A DNA stretch of 64,000 nucleotides from Antedon mediterranea (Eukaryota > Animalia > Echinodermata), in assembly GCF_964355755.1 (NCBI RefSeq), contig NC_092670.1, positions 19,392,795 to 19,456,794 of the forward strand. Reading direction: 5' to 3'. The notes under the pieces were generated by a model, which made no database searches, was not told where the DNA came from, and was given only the letters and a program-made list of their open reading frames with translations. The position numbers and the translations under genes were made by a program. Positions 24,301-35,397 of this stretch are shown here, one piece after another. Each line of letters begins with the position of its first letter. Within the stretch, counting starts at the first letter, position 1.

Positions 24301-27300
24301 CCACGCAAATAAATCTGTCGGTTTAGTGTCTGTATCGGCTTTTTGCCTCGTATTTTTTTATATTTTGAAGCCGTCTCGAACTTCCAAAACCACTCTTCCT
24401 TCTCACGGCCAGTTCTCGCGAACAGATAAATTACATTAGTGTTAATCTCATCCTTTTTGATAAACTCGTAACCTTGTAGATCTTTCGTCGAATCACTGTC
24501 AACTTTATCCTCTTTATCCTCAACTGGTTTAACATCTGTATTTAAATCAGAATCTTTTTTCTCGAATTTGATACAAATCGGGTATTTCTTGCTCCACGTC
24601 CGTTTTGATACTAATCCATCTGGGAGTAAAAATACGCTGCTTCCACGTAGATCGTAATGACGTTGATGTTCGAATACAGCTTTTGGAAGAGCTTCATCCC
24701 ACATGGCTCGTTTTGGAATGTTGACCTTTGGCTGAAGCAAACGCAAAACTGTACCGTCTAGACGTAGAAAAACAGAGTGTGTCTGTTGTATATGGTACGT
24801 GTCAGCGTCATATTCATAGGGTAGCTCATTCATCCATCCCTAACAAAGACAAAATGTTGCACAATTTATTTATTATTTTTGTTGATGTATTTAGGCACAT
24901 GTGGCCAAGGAATACTGTACAAATAGCAAATTAGTCTGTACTCGCTATGAGCATAGACCTTAATCATTTACTACTACATTTATGTTGAACAATGCTGTAT
25001 GGAGGATACATTACATCACAAAGTCAAATGCAACCAAAAACAAATTTTAATACTAAAGATTGAAAGCATAGATTAGACCACTTTCTCTAACAACCCTAAA
25101 CATTAAATACAAAAATGTAGCAAAACATTTGTCTTTAATTTGCAGGTGTGCTACAAAATTGGACTTCACAACAAATTAAGTTTGTGTGCTGTTTGTATCT
25201 TGATGTGTAAATGTATGTATGATAAAAAGGCACACCTCATCAATGACATTTTACCAACATATAAAGCATGTGATCGAAATCACACATCTGAAGAGACTAG
25301 GCCTGCTAAAAAACCTTAAATTGTGCCCAGCATAAAAATTATAAAAGTACATTTAAGACCAATAATGCCAAGACTACTAAAATAATATATAATCTCCAAA
25401 ATTGAGAACCTGTTAATATATTTTACATAACATTTTAATCAGAACATACTGTCCTGTAAATGTTACAAGTGCTATCCAACAATCATCTTTTAATGTAATG
25501 CATTTTTTTCCATCAACATGTTATTAGTTAATGAACTGATACATTTGCTAAAGCTCGGTCTGCACTACCAAACCTTATGTGACAAACAAATGTGATATAT
25601 GGACATGATGATGTCATATCACTACCATATTTGCGCACATCACACTTTTTAGTCGCGTTTAACGACTTTACAGACTCACTATGTCGGTCGGTTGGTCAGT
25701 CGGTCAACACTAACTTGAGTATGCGACTGCAGCCATGTATATGGCATTGTTTCACATAAAGTGTAGACAGAGTTTAAGAAAATTTCATAGAATTATCATC
25801 ATAATTATCGTACACACATGTACTGTACTTCATCAGGCTCCTTAATCCAATAGAAACGAGATGAAATTAAAGATCTACATAATGTCATATCAATTTCATT
25901 AAGATTCAATCAGATAGATTCTTAACAGCAGGTAAGTCTGTCTGTCTGTCAACATTACTGATAGATTAATCTGAATTGAGTGTTGAGATAGAAACAAGCC
26001 AACTTGTGTAAAATAAACATTTATATTATTATTATTATACTTAATGTAGTCACATTGTCTGACTGTAATACTGCAGTGATGTATGTTTGTATATTGCTTA
26101 GCTTAAGCTAAACACTTACGAGTAGAGAATTTAAACTTTCACCTTCACTATGCTACTACTGTATGTCATAGAAAAACTAAAATAAATAGACGACCAACAT
26201 AAGCTAAAAAGGCATGGAGAGGCCCACTTTATCACTATCAGATGCGTCAATTTCTCCCCAACTCAGTCGTGCACCATATCGCAGCGTGTTAAACAGATCA
26301 ATGCGAGAATGTATTTGATTGCCATTAACTATGTGATTCATCATTATATTTCAGGTTATTATTTTTAATTATTAATATTACTAATAATATTTTTTAACAA
26401 ATTCGGTGAACAATTTGCCCTGCACTGTTAGAATCACTTTAAGTTCTTCACTACCTGTCTTCTAATATTATGTATGTTTATTTATTAGTATAGTATGCCT
26501 ATGGTCCTCATACAGTATAATGTTTTTACTATACAGTTTATAGGTAACTCTATAAAATGTATCGTACAGTAGTTGGACATAAAATATTTAACCTAAAATG
26601 CATTACAGTTATGCCTTCCACATTAATGATAAGCATTCTATTCCTGTATACACCAATGTAAGTAATACAAATAATAACATCAAATACTTGATTTAAAAGC
26701 ACCATAGCATTTAAAGCAAAACTATAAAAAAAACAGATTTTTAAGATACTGTACTTTTTTTAAAGATAGCTATTATTTGCAAACACAAAGCAAATGAATA
26801 AACAAAATATCAAAATAATATGTTTGTGATCACAATTGCTTTATGACTTCCTAATGTATACAAACCATTACATTATACATACAGTTTTCTATTTGCACTG
26901 TCTACCCTTATAAAAGCACAAATGATAAACAATGAGATATGAATTTGTTCACCTCTTTGTCTGTGTTTCCTTTATGAAGCTATTGAAAGCATTAAAAAAA
27001 ATGGCGCACAGATATTAAGACTAGATTTTTTTATTTATAATATATATTTTTAAATTAATTTATTTATATTGGGTGACCTCTTCAGTCAAAGACTGGTCTC
27101 CAATGCCCAGGGATGATCAATGGCTGTGATAGTGACTATGTGCATAACCCCCTACTCGTCTCAAAAGATGTACTAGGTTCTTTAGAGTGTACTAGGTTGT
27201 TTAGAGTGTACTAGATTCTTTAGAGTGTACTAGGTTCTTTAGAGTGTACTAGGTTCTTTAGAGTGTACTAGGTTCTTTAGAGTGTACTAGGTTCTTTAGA

Positions 27301-30300
27301 GTGTACTAGGTTGTTTAGAGTGTACTAGGTTGTTTAGAGTGTACTAGGTTGTTTAGAGTGTACTAGATTCTTTAGAGTGTACTAGATTCTTTAGAGTGTA
27401 CTAGGTTCTTTAGAGTGTACTAGGTTCTTTAGAGTGTACTAGGTTCTTTAGAGTGTACTAGGTTCTTTAGAGTGTACTAGGTTCTTTAGAGTGTACTAGG
27501 TTGTTTAGAGTGTACTAGGTTGTTTAGAGTGTACTAGGTTGTTTAGAGTGTACTAGGTTGTTTAGAGTGTACTAGGTTGTTTAGAGTGTACTAGGTTGTT
27601 TAGAGTGTACTAGGTTGTTTAGAGTGTACTAGGTTGTTTAGAGTGTACTAGGTTGTTTAGAGTGTACTAGGTTGTTTAGAGTGTACTAGGTTGTTTAGAG
27701 TGTACACTGGATCTACGGTATATAGTCCGTATCCTAGAAGACTAGATTTATTTATTTATTTATATGTTTATAATTATACTGGGCGACCTCTTCAAGTACA
27801 GTACTTCATTTTACACACCCTGTTCTCATTTGATTTTAAAATTGTGGAACCACCACCATGAAAATAACCATGAATAGTTTATCAAGTTATATGATAAAGA
27901 TGATTGAAGAAGATGCGAAAGACTGGGAATTAATATTATTCGGTTACATTACAATTATCCCCAAACTTAAGTTTGGTTTATAAATACAATTTGATTCTAC
28001 ATATTATCATTGAATTTGCTCGTAATCTACAGTTAAATACTCTATCTTTAACGTTTCATATTCAATAGAAGTAACACACAAACATCGTGATAGTGTATCG
28101 CAATTCATACTAGTCTGTTTAATATTGATCAGATGTAATAGATTTAATAAAAGCATGGTTAGTTCACGCTATATCATTCACGCTCTGTCTACCAGTTAAT
28201 TAGCAGACAATAACGCCATTGTTTGACTTTCATGCAGCGTAGAGCTGGATAGATCATAGCGAACTTTAAATATACTGTACTGTAGCATTAGATATTCAGT
28301 AATTAAGTTTTTAATATAATAAATACAGGTATTGCAACAATATAACTGAATTGTCAAATTAAAACCTTAGATTTGTACATTTATGTTTGTTTAAGGTGTG
28401 ATTATGCATACTGAGGATCTACTATACAATAATTTGGTGAACTTTCACAAGCAAGCACAACTACAGTAATAATTTCCAAGATACAAATTTGTACGTCTTC
28501 TCTCTCCTTTTTTAAAAATGTAAAAACAAAATTAACAGGGAATATTATTATTGAGAGAACGGATAAACTAGCTCTTTGACCTCCGCTTATAACTGTAAAA
28601 GTTTAGACATGATTTTTTAGATCCAATTTTCATTGTTAAACTCTAAAAAAAACCTTTTACTGCCCATGTGTACCAGGGTCATCTAATATTGGTTTTTAAA
28701 CGCCATGACCTTAATTTTGTTACCCATCAAAAATGATAATTTTAATTTAATCTATTTATTTTATTATCATTTTATCAATAGGACTTTTAAAGATTTATTG
28801 CTCAATAAATATATAACTGTACAGTATGAAAATTCCAGTGCAAATTGCTAACTATTGTCAATTTGCACTCTTTTTTATTTTGGTTAAAAATAGGCAGGCA
28901 AGAATATAATATTTTCCACAACATCATTGTTAGGAAAGGAAGGACTTCATATAAAATTTAAGAAAAACAAAAATACACAAAACAACATTTTTAAAAAGGC
29001 TATTCAGTAACCATTCCATAGAAACAATTTCAACAGTAATAATCAACAAATACACTCAAACACAGTGCACACATACAAAAGTATACACTACACACAGGTT
29101 GTTGCACAACTACAAAAGTGTAGCTTTGCACAACTACAAAAGTGTAGCTTTGTTAATAACAACTGATTAAAGTATGGTTGCACTATGATCTTATTAATAT
29201 TATCATCTATCATTTATGCAATTGAAATTTTAATATTAGAATGAGGTTAAATGAGGTGAATAGAATATCCAGCACATTTTTTGATCAACAAACTAAACAG
29301 TTTTTGTAATCATACTGTGTAGTGTATGTACTATTATTTCATTTAAATTTAAGGTGGATTTCCACTAGATGAATTTATTCGCGTGAATCAAAAGTGTTGA
29401 CTTATGCGCATGTGTATTAACAATTTCATCTAATTTTTGTGACGTCAGAAAATGCGCAACCAATCAGAACTCAAGAATGTTTGATTCGCACGAATGTATT
29501 CGCTAAATGGAAAACAGGCTTTAGATTTTTTGGCACACAGCCAAGGACTGGCAAGTGAAACCTGAATCTGAAAACAACTAAATAAACAAGGTTTTATTGC
29601 GAGAAATACTGACATCTGACAGGATTTGAACACAGAACCCACATGGATCAGTGCAGCATCTAAACCACCATGCAACAACTATAATTTATTTACTGTCCAT
29701 ATCACCAATTGCCAATCTTCTTACAATAAAAACAAATATATTCAATAAATTATCCTGAAATGATGACTCATCTTTGTTGTTGGCATGAACTTTGTAACCA
29801 AATAGAGCATCAATATGTAACTTGTTAATTAGTAAGTTAACAATCTAAAGCTCACTACACTATTTGTTACAAAATTTGATGTGATGATGTCATATCACTA
29901 CCAAATTTAAGCATATCACTACCATACTGTATTTGGCCACATCACACTTTTTTTGTCAAACTTGTTTGATAGTGTAGATAGAGCTTAACAATGCTAAATT
30001 TAGAGATTAGTGAACTACAGTATTTGTTCTTTTCTTACTATCCAATCAAGTAACATCCTGTTTTAAAACATAAACAAATATTCTGCAGTAAAATATTAAC
30101 TTTTATACATGTTTACCGAGTGTAATGATCAGCTTTAATGTATGCACATACATGTCAAGTTACTGACCTGGCTTGAGATTTCTCAATTATGAGCCTGCCC
30201 CAACCTTTACAAATCATTTTTAGGACAAAATTTTGACGAAAAATCAAAGGCCACAACTTGATTTTTACATTGCTGTGACCTAACACATTTAAAACAGTAG

Positions 30301-31575
30301 CATTATTTATATAGAAACTTTTTGCAACATTTGCATCATTATCATCCAACATAATATGAAAAAATCATGACATGAATTTCAAAATGATGTCAAGAATATG
30401 ATACTGATAGAAAGTTAAGGAATAAACATAAAAAAACAACCTACCTGATGGAAGATTTTCTCTTGTTCTTTTGCTCGTGCCTTTGGAGCCGACATCTTTT
30501 CTCCAGGAATGATCAATGGTGTTTGAATATCAGGACATTCCGGTGACTCTCTGACAGTGTCTGGTAACGACACCCATATTGCAAAGAGAAGACAAAAGAA
30601 GGATACAACCATTCCGGTGATCACACCCACCAGATAAGATGGCAATGGGAATATAAAGTAACAGAAGAATATTACGGACATTAGAGTAAGTCTGTATTTT
30701 GGGATTACCCTTTCCTTTCTTGCCACACTAAACGTTGCCACATACTCCTCATTGGTTAATGGTCTACCATCAGGACTCTCCACATCAGAAAGGATGTCTT
30801 TTTCTAATTCTGAAAAACTGTCTTCACTAGGCGTCTTTGGTGGTGAATCTTTGGTTCTTTTAATTATTTTTTTCAGATCTTTTGACTTGTCACTTTCATC
30901 AGACTTCTCTAATAATCCTGAAAGAGAAAGTGGGATGGCACCTTCTGGACGTCGAGGTTCATCTGGAACCTCAGAAGGTGTAGGAACATTGTAGTAGAAT
31001 GGATCAACGTTAAGATCACCAGAGTCAGTCTCTTTTGGGTAAAGAGCAGCTTCCAATCGAGCTTGTCTTTCCTCTTTTTTTGCTTCCTCTTTTTTCGCTG
31101 CATCCCTTTTTCTCTGGTCATCTTGAAGCTTGTCTACAAATGTCAATGGGTCAGAAATGGCTTCTTTTGATTCCGAAGGAATTGAAAAATTATTAACATC
31201 ATCAACAACAATGACCTCATTTGTGACTTTAATAATTCCGGTATCAACTTTCTTTGTTTCTTTTATTCTTTGCTTCCTTTCTGCATCTCTTTTTTTAATT
31301 CTTGCAGAATCAAAGATATCTGAATCTAATCTATCATTCTTTTCTGTTTTCTTGAAGGCTCCTAAAGGATCATCAATTACTTCTTTTATAGAATCTTTAG
31401 TTGGACTTCCTGATTCTGTTGTTTTATTGTTTGTTAGCTCATCTTCACTGTCTGCATCTTTGAGCGAACGGAATGAAAAGCTTGGTCCATTCTGTTGAGA
31501 TTTCTTTGATTGTTTTTTCAATTTTGATGACGTGGGAGCTGGAGGACGAGGTGGTTTTACTTTCTTCTCACTCAT
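18328..31575 (-). CDS. TEX2: Testis-expressed protein 2 (ER-anchored PH-like plus SMP-domain lipid-transfer protein)
   Basis: Exons 31575-30445, 24839-23949, 23774-23518, [22634-22596], [22000-21953], 20031-19915, 19253-19050, 18697-18577, 18405-18328. Two TM segments; GWMNELPYEYDADTYH...HSVFLRLDG...WSKKYPICI; YLFARTGREKEEWF; WVNALLGRFFWDFL; NIPPPPTNRLWYGFRGKP; C-terminus KIFVLPNMDDLVIPIM, all TEX2 hallmarks. Confidence 0.95.
19351..19481. mobile_element. PIF/Harbinger-type MITE, family A
   Basis: tta|AGCTCTGTGTACACTAT...ATAGTGTAGACAGAGCCT. Confidence 0.8.
19697..19887. mobile_element. PIF/Harbinger-like MITE (different family)
   Basis: Perfect 14-bp TIR AGGCCAATTTACAC...GTGTAAATTGGCCT, flanked by tta/ata. 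Confidence 0.65.
21045..21151. mobile_element. MITE family A, partial
   Basis: Internal GATGTGCCC...CCATATATGGGCACATCAC and right TIR AGTGTAGACAGAGCT. Confidence 0.7.
21317..21530. repeat. Three degenerate direct repeats (~80 bp period)
   Basis: ATGAAATGTATTGCGACTTAACGCTATTATGGAATGCAACAAC recurs at ~21317, ~21399 and ~21487. Confidence 0.7.
23041..23185. mobile_element. MITE family A
   Basis: AGGATCTGCCTACACTATCAAACTTTATGTGAC...GATAGTGTAGATAGAGCT. Confidence 0.8.
25552..25774. mobile_element. MITE family A carrying a nested HINE/DINE-1-like element (25646-25752)
   Basis: Family A left part runs to CACATCACACTTTTT, then AGTCGCGT...GTCGGTCGGTTGGTC...GCGACTGCAGCCATGTATATGGCATTGTTT, then GTGTAGACAGAGTT. 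Confidence 0.75.
27168..27704. repeat. 19-bp minisatellite (~28 copies)
   Basis: Unit TAGAGTGTACTAGGTT(C/G)TT with starts at 27183, 27202, 27221; embedded in a SINE-like remnant. Confidence 0.95.
29849..29985. mobile_element. MITE family A
   Basis: Degenerate left TIR AGCTCACTACACTAT; right TIR GATAGTGTAGATAGAGCT|taa. Confidence 0.75.
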
Positions 31576-32021
31576 TGTTACTTCATCTATAAAAAAGCTA
31601 AGACAATGCAAAAATAATTATAAGAATTTAAATATTAAAATATATTCCTCTTGAAAAATGTTTTGATTTAATAAAAATATTTTTTAAATTGTGGTTCATT
31701 TGTCTCACATATTACTACAGAGTAGGCCTACATTACTATGCCTATGCTAGGGCCTAGCCTAAGTAAGCATTCTAATAAAGACTATCCTAGAGGAGGAGTT
31801 TTAATCTATGAGTAGGACTAGCCTTTTTCTAGACAGCTTGCCAATGCTAGGCCCAGAGTTACCTCCAATGGCAAAGGTAGGCCTAACACTACGGGACTTT
31901 ACTAATAACCAAACAAGTAGAGTAAGGCCTACGTACGGCCTAGCATACCTCTAGTCTCTTATATGCCTATGGAATTATGTAATTAAAAATATACACACAC
32001 TTTAAATAACGTAAAACTTAC

Positions 32022-32292
32022 TTCCATAGGAAAAAATATTAATGAATTGAAACACGCATAAATCAACATACATTTTCCAGGTTTGCTGTCTTTCTTTCTT
32101 TTTCTGCAAAAAAAGTATCAAACGAAATTTATAGCACGACACCAACGTTCGTAAAAGTTGTTATTGGCGCAGTGCGCCACCAACGTACATTAAAAAATAC
32201 ACAACGCGCGAGACGAGGCTAATTTGGTGATATTAATTTCTCTCTTGCTAAATTTTACCACAATTTCATGATAAAATTAAATTCAGGTTAAC
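32022..32292. promoter_or_regulatory. Putative bidirectional promoter between the TEX2 5'-UTR exon and POLDIP3
   Basis: Minus-strand donor GTAAGT at 32021-32016 marks a TEX2 first exon; the POLDIP3 ATG is at 32293; the interval is CpG-richer (TGGCGCAGTGCGCCA palindrome, ACGCGCGAGACG). Confidence 0.55.
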
Positions 32293-35200
32293 ATGGATCG
32301 GTCTTTAGATGACATTATAAAGTCTAAGCGTTCTTTTGGCCAAAAGAAACAGAATTTTGGTGGTCGAGGGAGGTGAGAATTACGACGTTAAGTCTAGAGA
32401 CTAGGCCTACCTAGAGGCCTAGACTAGTACGTAGGCCCCTATCTAGCCGTAGTAGGGATTGATCCCTAATCATCTCGGATAGTAGGCTACTAGGTTAGGC
32501 CTACTAGAATACTAGCCTACTGTTGTTGTTGTTGTAAACTCTTCTTGATGAGTTGACGAGTATGGACTATGAGTATAATCAATAATATTGTTTTTACATG
32601 TATGTAGAGGGAAAACAAGAGGAGGTCAGCGTGGAGGAATTCATCAGGGTGGATTTCAACGAGGCAGTTCCAAAAGAGGAGGTTTCAATCGAGGATTCGC
32701 TCGTGGTAGAGGAGGCAATGCCAAAACAAACGTTGGTCGTGGTGGAATAAAAAAAGGTGTTGGTAGGGGCCAAAATACTGGACGTTTACATTTTGCGATA
32801 TCTCAAGCAGTACCTATGAACATTACAGATGCAAGAGATAAGCTAAACTTAAAAGCAAGACAAACAGATGCCAGGGTAAAACTAATTAAGAAAGCGCATT
32901 CAGTTGATGCCAGGCAAAAACTACAAGCAAAACGGCAACAAAGTCTTGAGAATTCTGTAACCCCAACAACTACTGAACAACCAATCGCTATTAATACGTC
33001 AAAGGTAGGTTACTGCGTTAAAGACTCATGTTTGTACATTTATAAGACCTGGTTAAATAACTACTCCCTTTGCATTTTAAAATATTAACACCATCTTAAC
33101 TTTTAGATTACAAAGCCACTTTTAAATTAATACTAAACATTTTTTAAAGGTTTGCATGGTGAAATAAATATTTTGATGTAATTCTAGTGCTTGCAGTACA
33201 CTACATGTATATAGTTCAGAAAAGAACTACTGTATTGATTGAAACGTTTTTCAACAGCTTTTTTCAGAATCATATACACATGGTGTACCACAAACTTTAC
33301 ATCAACATTTATCCACCTTACATTGAGCGTATTAATATACAGTTCTATTTTCATGAATACTAATATCTTAAATATTTAGATGCTCGTTCCTTCAGTAACA
33401 ATTTCAAATCCACTGGCACGGAAGCGGAAATCAGCAGAAGGAGTTTTCCAGACTAAATCTGGCAGTCTACAGGTTACCAGGAGGCAGCAAATAACGTCAC
33501 CAAAAGCCCAACAATTAACGGGGAAACAGAAATTAGACGTCGGCAAAATGGTGATAACAACATCAAATGATAGTGTCAGTAGTAGGGTGCGTAATCATTT
33601 GACAAACTATTTTTATGAAGAAGAGAGAATACCTAGTGATCCGTGAGAAAGATATAAATATTTTCGTTGTATTGAAAAAAAAAGGCCTTCCTATTTGGTT
33701 TCAGATGCCTGTTGGCTCATTGAAGTCTGCAAGTAGTATGAGAAGTGCACAGTATGATGAAGAGTTTGCACCATCAACTATTAAGATCAGAAAGACAGTG
33801 CAAGCACCACCTCCAGTTGTAAGGCAACCTGCAACACAGGTCTGTATAACCATCTCACACTGAAGTCCCACTTGCCCATCTAAAGCCTTGAATTTGTGAA
33901 TGTTTCTAGAGATTGAAAAAAAAAACCGATAACCACAAATTGTATATTGATACACACTGCAATGCAGCATTGTCGGCCTAGTATACTGTTTCTGTCACCA
34001 GTTGACAAAATTGTGAAGTGTGATTTGTCCAAATATAGTAATGATATGCCCAAACATGGTAGTGATATGACATCATCATGTTCATTATAGGCACATCACA
34101 TTTTGTTGTCGCATAAATTTTGATGGTGTAGACAAGGCTTTATGTTAACATTACGCTTGTGTTCTCTTTTAGCGTCTAAGCCCACTAGGTACCAGAGTAT
34201 ATGTTACAAAGTTGCATTACAGTGTTACAGAAGAGGACATTAAGGTGAGAGAGGAAAACTATTTAGAGCTTTAGAGAATCCTAACTTTAAGTGCTTTAAA
34301 AGGAGGACAGTTTCCAATTGTAGTTTAAAACCATTCAAGTAAAATTCATTTGATAACCCATGAGTATAGATGCATACAATTAGCAAAATTGTATGACAAA
34401 CTCACTCACATCCCTCTCTTATAACATAAATTTCTGAAGTTGATAATCGGTGTTTAAATTCCTGTACAATTCATTTGATACCCATATATGTTTACCCAAT
34501 AGAAAATAATTGTGTAACAAACAACTCGCATCCCTCTCATAAAACATAAATTTTCTGATTTGGAAATAAGTCTGGACATTCATGGGCAATCCTGCATCTC
34601 TGTATCTGTCTTTTTAAACTTAAATTGTATATATTATATCTTGTATCATAAACTGTGCATGTTTTTTTAATGAGATGATAAATCAAATGATAATGGGTCG
34701 TTTTTCACATTTAGGAACTTTTCGGTGCAATTGGTCCTCTTCGCAAGGCTAGATTCGTAAAGCAAGGTGTAGCAGAGGTTGTTTATATTGACCGTGAAAA
34801 TGCCTTGGAAGCCATTAACATCTACAATAATAGGGAATTAGATGGAATCCCAATGCAGTGTAAATTAGACTCCTCTACAGTTCCTGAATCATCATCTTCA
34901 GCAGCAGGCGTTGATGCAAAACCTAGTAGACCAATCAGTGATCGTTTCAAGTGAGTCTCTTAATGTTTTTAAGGAAGTACAATGGTAAAATCTAATGAGA
35001 ATGTGATTCTTGTAAATAGATTTGAAACTAGGGTGTTGCTCCCATTTAAGCCTTTTCTTCTGAAAAGTGCATACATATTCTGAAAAATTGCACACAATCA
35101 GGGATGCTGTTCGTATCATTCACACACCAAATTTAAGTGTAAATGGCACAAAAGGCATTTTAGGAGTGTGTTAGATGAGTGATCGCACGCCCACACCTAA

Positions 35201-35397
35201 AAAAACAAGGCCTTTTACTAACCTTCGCTTACAATCATTTTTCCAGATATACAAGAACTCAAAGTGCTGGTATAGAATCCAGTGGAACGATGAGATCTGA
35301 TGACTTAGAAGCCAACTTAATCCATAAAGCACTATTCAAATCACCTGCCAGCCAAAACGAACCTACAAAACCAGTTGTATTCACTGTGAAAATTTAA
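32293..35397 (+). CDS. POLDIP3: Polymerase delta-interacting protein 3 / SKAR (RRM protein, TREX/EJC-associated); 7 exons
   Basis: Exons 32293-32372, 32608-33004, 33380-33586, 33705-33839, 34173-34244, 34715-34950, 35247-35397. N-terminus MDRSLDDIIKSKR, RGG region, three DAR repeats, RRM LSPLGTRVYVTKLHYSVTEEDIKELFGAIGPLRKARFVKQGVAEVVY...YNNRELDGIPMQCKL, C-terminus KPVVFTVKI*. Confidence 0.92.
33990..34139. mobile_element. MITE family A, reverse orientation, degenerate
   Basis: GATATGCCCAAACATGGTAGTGATATGACATCATCATG...TTTGATGGTGTAGACAAGGCT. Confidence 0.65.

Noticed and set aside
25800-25842. Second hammerhead-like string (minus strand CTGATGAAGTAC...GTACGATA)
   Set aside because: GAAA box is altered and no stem I partner is present.
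30752-31498. Plus-strand ORFs of 80 and 122 aa
   Set aside because: Antisense shadows of the large TEX2 exon.
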